The translations under genes and the position numbers were made by a program. From Bigelowiella natans CCMP2755 (Eukaryota > Protista > Cercozoa): DNA of 64,000 nucleotides. The notes beneath the pieces are model-generated. The model saw only the letters and a list, made by a program, of their open reading frames with translations. It was not told the origin of the DNA and searched no databases. The stretch covers positions 6,256-70,255 of the forward strand of contig ADNK01003312.1 in NCBI GenBank assembly GCA_000320545.1. The letters run 5' to 3'. This document shows positions 54,898-64,000 of this stretch, piece after piece (positions within the stretch are counted from its first letter, which is position 1; each line of letters begins with the position of its first letter).

Positions 54898-55034
54898 ATT
54901 GATCGGGCAGCAACAGTAAAGATGTCCTGCAATTGAAAGCTGTAAACAATTTTTCAGCTTTAGAAACAAGCCCGGTTGACTTTGCACAAAATCCATCGAT
55001 TTATGTAATGTGACATTCAATGCTAGAATGGGGC

Positions 55035-55717
55035 GCCCATGCTAGGCTAGCAGGTGCCATGATGTGACATGATCTTAGATCGCCAACACGGCTATCTCTA
55101 GTATCTAGCTATGTTGATTCAATACGCTCTTGCAATGCGTTCGCGTGGAGCACAGCGGGAAACATGTCTCAATGCGGCTCAATGCGGATGAAAAATGTAG
55201 AGCCGCATTGAATGCCAATGCGCAAGACGTCAGAACCCCAAAAATCCGTTTTTTAGGTTCCGACGTCTTGCAAATGGTTTCGCGCTCAAAACCGACCACC
55301 TCCAACACTCGGTCTAGCACACTAGCACTCCCTGTGCTAGTGTGCCTGATGTTGAAGAAGAGGAAGCACATCTAGACATGCTAGCATGCTAGCATGCATC
55401 TCTAGATCTCTAGATCTGATCGCACAGCAGGGCATCGGAAGAGGACATTCTGAGCTCTAGAGCTAGCAAATCTAGAAAAAAATCTAGATTTAGCTGTCGT
55501 TTGGACACTGCTAGCAGCTAGACTGTCTAAATTCTGAAGATTATTCGAACGCGCTTGCGAGTCCGCCAGACTAGCTAGCTAGCTAGCTAGCAGACTGGCA
55601 CATTTAGACACATGTGTGTAGCAACAATGCGTCACATCACACGATAGCATCATCGGCATTACATTCGCTATGACTATAGAAGCAGCAACGGAAACATGCT
55701 AGCATGCTAGCATGGGC
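55035..55717. mobile_element. Possible MITE-like element / CTAG-rich island with terminal and internal inverted repeats
   Basis: GCCCATGCTAG (55035-55045) and CTAGCATGGGC (55707-55717); internal hairpins at 55169-55211 and 55222-55271. No target-site duplication seen. Confidence 0.35.
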
Positions 55718-55738
55718 AACATCGCTTATCGCCGTTCG

Positions 55739-57968
55739 TTAATTTCCTCTTGAAGCGCAGCAGATGCCCGCCTTGAACACCCCGTTCGGGAAATGGAGCT
55801 CGTTGCCATATCGAGTGTAACGGTGATTCTTCGCCGAGAGCTCGACACCACAAAATCGGCACCAATGCACACGAACCTTGGTGCCATGCTCGTCTACGCA
55901 GTAATGACTCATGTGATTGCAACCCCCGTCGTGTCCTGTCGCAGCTACTTCTTTGTAGTCGGAATCATGGATGAAGAACTGCCGGCAGCAGGGGCAAGGC
56001 TTCGATTTTCCTAGGACGCCTGATGCTATGCGTTTGGTCTCGCCGTCCTGCCCGGCCTTTCGATTCTCGAATTGCTGGCAGCTCATGCCAGAGTGCCAGG
56101 GAGTTTTGCATCGACTGCAAAATCCCCTTCTGCAATGGGGGCAGACTAGATGATGGCGATGGTGAAGGCCTGTTTCACTGTTCCGACCCTTTGTGTCATC
56201 CTCGTCCCGGATTGATTCAAGATGGCAGAGAGGGCATTGCGTGATTAGCCCTCCAGTTGCGGCGTGCAGGCACCGTGTGTCGTAAGCCGCTAGGACGCCA
56301 CGAGCTAGTTTCTCCTGTCAAACACACCGCAGCAGCACAAGGTTTGAACCCCATATAACCTTGTTGATTTAAGACTGAATGTATTAGTGCTGCACGGGGA
56401 GGGGTAGACCATTTGAAGCTGGGATGTGAATCATCCAGAGGTCATACCTTTTCGAATTCGCTTACTGCCAGTCGGCACACTGGTTCTGAGCATTCCCACC
56501 ATCCAGATTTTCCACAGGTGATGTGACTGAAGTGCACCGCCTGGCACCTATCCTTAACCACCTATGGCATAATATACGTGGCGGCGACCGCAAAGAGGAC
56601 CGCAATTGTGGGGGTAGTGCGCTAGATACGTGTACATTATAGCAATCCTTACCCCCACGCAGGCTATAAGAATCACGATTCCCCTACGATGCTACATTTG
56701 TGAAAGACACGCATGACAAAGCCATTTGCAGACTCTCGTCGCGCAATTATTATTATACATAACTTCTCCTAATTCGAAAATTCACCGGGCTCACGTTACG
56801 TTTGCGAGTGAATTTTCTAGATACGATTATGTTTGACTCGGCAAACAGTACCTGTGTTGCACACGCTTGGCAAAAGTAATGCCCGCATTTGCCGCTTGTG
56901 AGCGTGACGGTGCCTTCTGCTTCACAGAAAGTAATAAAACTCGCAGCGCACGTGGCCCCTTCCCCCTTTACAGGCTCTCGAACAAATTTAAAAGAACTTT
57001 GGTAAGTATCCTTCTCCTCCTCCTCCTCCTCCTCCTCTTCTTCTATATCCTCCTCGGCCGGTTTCTTATTTTCAGACGGAGGAGCTGTCGACGACGCAGG
57101 AGAAGATGCTAATTCTATATTTTGAGGTCTCAGCCCCAAAAACTCGCCAGAGCACAAAATTCTGACAAAATATCTGCCATCACTGTTGATCGCCTTGCAT
57201 ATTATCCCGCTTTTGCCATTGTGCTCTGGTGCGTTGATAAGTCCTGTTATTCTTACCTTTTCACCAGGTGAGAACCATCCTGAAATTCTGGTGAGATTTT
57301 CAGGTTTCATGCGGAATTCCTTGTCCGAAATTCCCTCTATATATACTCGATAGCGCCCATCGTTGCCAAGACTACCCTAATTTAACAATACTTTCGAGAA
57401 TCAATGAATTCTGATGGCGAAATCTTCATTATTTGACTTTTATTTATAATTTAGTGACTACTCTATATGGAATGATTTCTCCTACCTGAACGACTGCTTT
57501 CTTGCCATTCAAATTCGTGGCAGTTTTTAAACCACAAATCTCCATTTTGCAACCATTCCGGAGTGCAACAGACGTTGAATCATTGTTATTATTCACTTGG
57601 TTCTTCTTCGTCTCAGAGCGTGAAATCAAGTTACCAGCCTTAATATAACATCTCCGGGAAAATTTATCTAAGTTTATAGGATAGCGTCCAGCAAATGCCC
57701 CCGATTGCAACAAAGGTCCGCATACGGTTCCAGACTCGCCATTGTAAAAGACATTCCGCCCTAGTCCGCACACGGTCACGGCCTCTCCAACCTGTAGTTG
57801 TGAAAGGCCTCTTTAGGAAGTGTTTTTTCACCATCTTCCAAAAAAACAAAACCTAAATTCTACATGCTCTATCCCCAGGGGGGGGGAAGAAGGCTAGTAT
57901 TAGTTATCCGGCGGAGGGGCACATGTGTTACGCCGTGAAACCTTCAAAGCCCGAGGCAGCGTCGCCAT
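55739..57968 (-). CDS. RBR (RING1-IBR-RING2) E3 ubiquitin ligase with three N-terminal SH3/KOW-like repeats
   Basis: MATLPRALK|VGEAVTVCGL start. Three repeats of V-x-I-x-GL...NG-x-x-G...GRY...KPxNL. RING1 CGHYFCQAC; IBR CPLC...VCPHCRRGFCSRCKTPWHSGMSC; RING2 KPCPCC...GGCNHM...WCRFC with the catalytic Cys motif. Confidence 0.88.
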
Positions 57969-58514
57969 GGGGGAAGGGTTTGGAGGCAAGGAAAGAAGAC
58001 GAAGTGGTCTCCTTCAAACTTCTTCTCAATTCAACCATGAAAATGCATTCCATTTCATCGGTACGACAACACGAATTATATCGAAAATGTCGCAAGATCG
58101 CCCACGAAAACGCCACAGTTGTAACAACCTGCGAGTATGCAGCTGAAACAGTACCATTGCGACAAGAGTCATTGGTTGTCGTAGAGGGGATATTGGATGA
58201 GACTATGCTTCTACGACTTGCCACATCGCCGGAAAATAATTCAGAGGATACTATTGCCTTCCCAGGAGAAAACAGCGCATTTTTGGTCTAATACGAAGAA
58301 GAGATTGTTGTCGTTTGAGGGTTTTATGCGGAGTTTTTTAAGTTGCTCCATTCTACGAGTGTGCCTGTTAAATCTTAATCGAAATCTCTAGGATTGAATC
58401 AACGCCTCCCTCCCCCACTGCAGAGAAACAGTGAAGTGTTACAACCTGATTCACTTTAATATAGCCCTTTGTGCAAGGGTTTTGAAAAGAGAAGAAGTGA
58501 GATAATCTTCCGCC

Positions 58515-59457
58515 ATGAGTAAAGACAGGTAGAATTATTGCTCTTTGAAAGGAATTGGCTTGGGTCACATTTTATTTTGGGGCATGCCTGTACACCATAC
58601 CGATGAGATTTTACGCTCTGCTCCCAAATTTATCCAATTGCATTTCTCCTTCCCTACAGGGATACTGTCTCCGTTAGTCAGACAGAGGTAATGTTTGCTA
58701 CATGCAACCTCTTTGAAAGGTCTTGCTTTTAATTGGAGGTAACCGTTCAGATTGAGCTGCGGAAGACATTACCGAAAAACGATGAATCAAACTCAATGGA
58801 GGGGACCAAAACACTGGAAGGTGCCCATTCAACTGATTTATGTTTCGACTGGGGAGAAATGACTTGCTCTTCTTCCCATATACCAACGACAGTGAAAGCA
58901 GCACATGATCGTGAGGCCATGCGGAAGATCCAGCGAGGAGATGAGGGTATTGCTTCGTTTTCCATTCAGCCACGCCAGATGCAGGGGGTTATCCCACGAT
59001 AAACTTGACCCACTAAAATAAAACCAATTCTGCCTCTATCGCACTACATAGCGCATCTAATATCAGCGTTGGAGTATTGCCTAGTGGCAGTTATTAGTTT
59101 TGTATCCAGCGTGATTATCAACGACGTGCGGCTAACAATGTATATCATAATACAAAAATAGACACAAATGACGAAAAGGATAAACCAGTGTTAGAACATC
59201 GGATCTCTACTGGAGCGTCGCCTCCAAGCTTTCTGCAGCAACGGAAGGGTAGCTGCATTGTTGTTATATGCTGTGCCTTCCACCGGCAGCGATCCCGACT
59301 ACTGTTGTGATGGTTGAGTCTTGTTCTGTGCAAGAAGACCAGCCATTGTTTTTTCCACAATTGTATTAATATTGAACTTGTCCGTGTTGCAGTGAATTCT
59401 CGCGGCTATGACTCTTCGCCAATACCTCATCGGAAGAATCGGACTGCACACTTGGTG

Positions 59458-59503
<46 letters not shown>

Positions 59504-60361
59504 TCATGTTGTATGTACTGCGTATATATTTTTTGAATAATATGTGAGGGAGGGAAGGAGCAAATAGATTGAGCAGCTGTCACTAAACCTTCCAAATGGT
59601 GTGTTTTTTTTTCAGCGGAGTCTCGTAGCAATTCAGCCGTTTTCAGAAAAGGGGGAAAACGTAAGCAGATCTGCTTTAATGTCATCTCTTCTGAAGTTCA
59701 TAGAATATTTCCTGGGCATACCCACATATTTTCCACAATTTCGCACAGTCTTTCAGCACCGTTCAAGCTTTTAACAACAACAACTGCAGCGTATAGTACC
59801 AAGCAGATTGTTAACCTCCGCCCCCGAATATGATTACACAGTCATGAATAAATAGCTTATTGTGGGTTTGTAACAGGGTGTGATTTTCTGCGCCAACCGC
59901 CAGTTATCAGGTACATTTGGTTGTCCATTTTCCACTACAAAAGCAGCACAATCGAGATAGATGAAACACAAAAACGACATATTGTTATTACCCAAACCCT
60001 GACGTTCTCGTGCCTTTGACCAATTGTTATGCTCCAAAGCTCCTGTCAAACCTGCGCCGAAAAGCTTCGCTGAGGCTTTTGGAAGGCTAGCAAAAGCTGG
60101 TACCTCTCCTTACCTCCATCCTTTTTCTCTCCCCCTCCCCCTCCCCCCCTTCTCTCTCTCTCTACTTTTCCTTGCCTGGATTCAACACTATTTATCTGGG
60201 ATATTAAACTACCGCGTGCGTTCTAAAAAGGTATGAGTACGGGGTTTTTACACAAGCGAGATCATCACCATCTTGAGGAGGTAAGACAGCGGTTTGAATT
60301 ACACAATTAGAAGATTTTAACAGAGTCAAAGCCCCTAGTTTTTCCAGTGACGCCGAAGTAA

Positions 60362-60422
<61 letters not shown>

Positions 60423-60504
60423 TGTGTGCATTGGTATTTAGGTTTCGGGACACAAACACGGTAGCCACAAACATAAATTAAAATATATACATCTTTATAT
60501 ACAT

Positions 60505-60543
<39 letters not shown>

Positions 60544-60568
60544 GGACATATAGGGAGAGGGAGGGGGA

Positions 60569-60609
<41 letters not shown>

Positions 60610-62815
60610 TGTTTATATTTAGTTAAAGTAATCTGAAGATACCAGGTAGTTACGTGAGCATGCTGCTTTCCTTGTAGACCACGCGGCGACTAATTTTCTC
60701 CATCAAAACTTCAAATGGGTTATCCCCTTCGTATGTAAGTGAAAGACACACAGCAATCACACGGCAGCAGCAGCCATGGATAGAACAGATGACTGTCTTA
60801 AAAAGCGTGTATGCACAATTCCTGAGAATTTAGCAAAGACAGCACGCACGCATGCTATTTTTAGCTGTGATACACGTTATAAGAAGACTCTTAATGACCG
60901 CTTACGAACAACAAACCAGGTGTATCGTTCTTTCTCACCAAAACATGGCAGCCCCTGCTGCTACAATGGAACCGAATTAACGGAAGATACCCTTTCGCTC
61001 CCACCAGCTCTATTTGGGTAGCAGATCTTCACGCCGTCGCAATGACAATGGCATTTTAAGCAGCGCGACAACTGAGAGCGGTGTTGTCGCAACTTGATCA
61101 GGTTTCGAGGATCATCTTAACGGGGTTCTTCTTGATCTGGATGTTAGTTGACAAAGACGCTTCAAAAAGCATCATGTTCTCCGCCAAGGAATGGCGGTAA
61201 GAAATCAATTTTTTTATGAATTGCTGAGGTGTGGAAAAGAGCATCGCTGCTCAGATGAGTACGCAAGCTGACAAGAAAACTGAACGTTACTAAACACAAG
61301 CACGTCGTTGGCCTGCTCCTAATTCATCTATGCTCTGCCATTTGTGTTCAGAATGAGCATTCCTTTCATTGGAGTGTCGGTATGCACCGTCGGCAACGTG
61401 CTCTCCATCTATCTCACCGTTGAGTATCTGGGCGCAGGTATATTACAAGACCGAGCACATGTCAGAAATAATGCCTCGAGGACGCGCAATAGAACTCACA
61501 TAAGGACACTCATCCCGCGACGGTTTTCGTCTATTTCCCTTCCCGTGCGGTGGGGCAAAAACCTGTCGGAGCTCCAATGCCTTTGGAAAACAATCCATCT
61601 ATAGCAGCACTCTCTGATCTTAATAGCTTCTCTTGAAAGCAGCACTTTAAGCCGTGGATTTCTAACAGCAAATGCCTGTTCATCTGCAGGGCAGTACGCG
61701 GTTTTGAAGAATCTTAACTTGGTGCTCACGGCTATACTGATCTACTTCTGGCTGGCAAAGACTGTCACGCCAACCCAGTATGTATGCGTTAGACGCGAGC
61801 GTGCACGATGATGATCTCACGAGGAAGAAAACATCACCAACGATAAATGCGACCCAAAAAAAAGAAGCATAACCAAAATCATAAGAACAAAACGACTGAA
61901 AACATCCTGCCCCCCCCCCCCCCCCTCGCGCTTTCAAACAGGTGGTCCTGCGTGCTGGTTATAACCCTGGCAACCTTCATTTTCCGCATACAAGTTTTCG
62001 ATGATGGAGGAATGAATGCAGGGTATATTTTCGTCTTATTGGGAGTAGTATTCTCAACTCTTGAAGGTACCGTAGTCGGAGTAAACGTCATATGAATAAA
62101 TGCGTATCAATCTTGCAATCTATAGAACCAGGCATCATATTACGTATCACCCCCCTCTTATCTATTTCCCCAGGGATTTTGCTCCAACTGGTCACGAAAA
62201 GGCTTACTGAGATGTCCTTTCAACGGCAGAGTAATGCTAACATTCTTATCGACGCCGTTGTTTTCCGAAAGAATGGCAAGTTAGAGATTGTGTTCCTGCG
62301 CAGGGAGAATAGCACCGGCCTCCCAATTACTGCTGAATTAGGGGGGTGCGAAGGCTGATAGCTTCGCGATAAAAGCAATGGATTTGAGAATAGCCTTCCA
62401 TCATCTACACCAGTATTTTCAGCGTGTTCAGCGTGCCAGAATACGGTTTTCGGGTTTGACTTATTCCTGATCGTTTTTGTTTCGAATTTGTACCACCCAA
62501 ACAGGTTTTTATTACCACTTCTACTCGATGATTCTGAGCTTTATCCTCATGATCACGTACGTGTGCGTGTGCGTGTGCGTGCGTGTGTGTGTGTGTGTGT
62601 GTGGGCAATGCGTCTCCTTGTTGCTTTTCTCATGTAGATGGAAGAATTTAGATGTTGGGTGGGGGGGGGCAATGATTTACTTTTAGCACTAAGAGACTGA
62701 CACATCCACGCACTTCGTAGATATGACTACGAAACGGTGTTCTATAAAACTCTGGGTCCTTTTCACGGCTGGAATTACAAGCTGGTTTGACCCCCACCCA
62801 CCCCCTTCTTTCAAG

Positions 62816-62849
<34 letters not shown>

Positions 62850-62945
62850 CGCACACGCACACGCTAGAATGACTTGGAGAGATCAGACAATAAAGGAGTG
62901 CGTGCAGCAATCGACTGTGTTGTCTCCTTTTCAGATGTTGTCGGT

Positions 62946-62977
<32 letters not shown>

Positions 62978-63132
62978 GGTGTGTCGGGTTTAGTGTAGCG
63001 TTGATTATGCTGTTTCCCTGTGGTCTTTCAGGTAGTGTACCTCGTCTGCATCGTGCCTTTGGTGTCCATGAAGCACGCAGTTGCTGGGATGGCGAGCGCC
63101 ATCATGGTATGCTCTAACATCCATTGCGTGCG

Positions 63133-63169
<37 letters not shown>

Positions 63170-63769
63170 CCACACACGCGCGCCATTATGAAGATGCGTA
63201 ATGCGTACGTGTACCGGAGTTAACCATTGGTGTGTTGTTGAAGGTGAAGCTCATCGTCGCCGCCACCACCGTGTCGACATTCATATTCTCCATATTATGG
63301 TAATGCTTCCTTCGGTGCTCGTGTGTTCATCGATGAACCCCTGTAAAAGGCGGTGTTGGTTCTTTGGCCAAATGCTTGCGTGCGTCGCTGTGCGTGGGTA
63401 TAACCTGTATGTGATTTCGGAAACCAACAAACCTTAGGTTTGGCACTGAAACTTCTCCAACGAAGTACCTCTCGGCGTTAATCATATGTGTTAGCCTTGT
63501 CTGCTATCAGCTTGAAGGTAGCGGGAGCAGCTTCATGCCCAACCATCATAAAAAAGCAGCATCGTTTACTGTTTACTTTCACGCAAAAGCACAAAGTCCT
63601 CGTGACTGTTCCAACTCGCAATTAGAATATGAAGCTATGCGTGCATGCTGGCGCGTGTGTGCGAAGCGTGTACGTGCGAATTCGGCTGTGTATTCATCAC
63701 CGTTTCTTGTTGTGACTGTGTGGGTGCTGGATTGCATTAGGAAATCGCGTGGCTGCGGACATTGGGTAA
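58515..63769 (+). CDS. Nucleotide-sugar transporter, SLC35A-like (DMT superfamily)
   Basis: Phase-consistent TM exons from ~61350: YLGAG|QYAVLKNLNLVLTAILIYFWLAKTVTPTQ|WSCVLVI, GYIFVLLGVVFSTLEG, PFHGWN, VKLIVAATTVSTFIFSILW|FG. The 5' half (58.5-61.2 kb) and the exact stop are uncertain and the gene may run past the window end. Confidence 0.78.
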
Positions 63770-64000
63770 AGATGCGCAACCTCTGCCTAGAATCTTTCGA
63801 ATAATAACTCAAGAAAAACCGTAAATATGCACCTGCGTCGGAATCGAATGTTTTGGGGCAGATGGTTATAGGTTGGAAGGCGTTTGCGTGTTTGAATAAA
63901 GAAGGTGAGATAATGCCGTTTTTCTAGATTCAAGCTTCACTTCGTGCACGGGCGTATCAAACCGGTTTGTACGATGAAACTTCCCCGCCAACCCCCCCCC

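Noticed and set aside
55222-55320. Helitron 3' end (hairpin followed by CTAG)
   Set aside because: The hairpin-to-CTAG distance is not the usual ~10-15 nt, CTAG is ubiquitous here, and no Rep/helicase remnants are visible.
2470-63170. Many microsatellites have similar lengths of about 30-40 bp
   Set aside because: Could be assembly or polishing collapse rather than biology; it cannot be judged without reads.
1-64000. Dozens of ORF-track entries such as YIYIYI, CVCVCV, HTHTHT, ERERER and poly-I/M/L
   Set aside because: They are translations of intronic microsatellites that lack stop codons, not genes.
1-64000. CRISPR arrays, rRNA, prokaryotic operons, intact transposase or reverse transcriptase
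   Set aside because: No repeat-spacer arrays or diagnostic motifs were seen; the 15 genes do not form an evident functional cluster.

Overview
Eukaryotic nuclear DNA from an intron-dense protist. Introns are packed with microsatellites, exons are short and GT donors are weak. The style and an N-terminal RLRGG leader suggest a chlorarachniophyte-like alga, but that assignment is only an inference. The six-frame ORF track is mostly uninformative, so I spliced the genes by hand using GT..AG boundaries and checking reading-frame phase. About 15 genes emerge, almost all alternating in strand: (1) a cytochrome b5 + GMC oxidoreductase fusion with a mitochondrial-type bipartite leader (-, runs off the window start); (2) a DNAJB6-like J-protein with a signal peptide and RLRGG leader (+); (3) a hypothetical protein (-); (4) a ~41-exon serpin with a ~135-aa EF-hand module inserted inside the serpin fold and a non-inhibitory hinge (-); (5) a family-16 (METTL21-like) methyltransferase (+); (6) a type I membrane protein (-); (7) an N-acylated hypothetical protein (+); (8) a large hypothetical gene (-); (9) a YrdC/Sua5 (YciO-like) protein (+); (10) an intronless alpha-carbonic-anhydrase-like protein lacking two Zn ligands (-); (11) an ADP-ribosylglycohydrolase (+); (12) an N-acylated coiled-coil protein (-); (13) a hypothetical protein (+); (14) an RBR E3 ligase with three SH3-like repeats (-); (15) an SLC35A-like nucleotide-sugar transporter (+). 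Gene 3' junctions carry distinctive CTAG/CATG-rich islands. The best novelty candidates are the EF-hand-containing serpin and the b5-GMC flavocytochrome. Exon models are manual and unverified by transcripts. No rRNA, tRNA, CRISPR array or intact transposon was seen.
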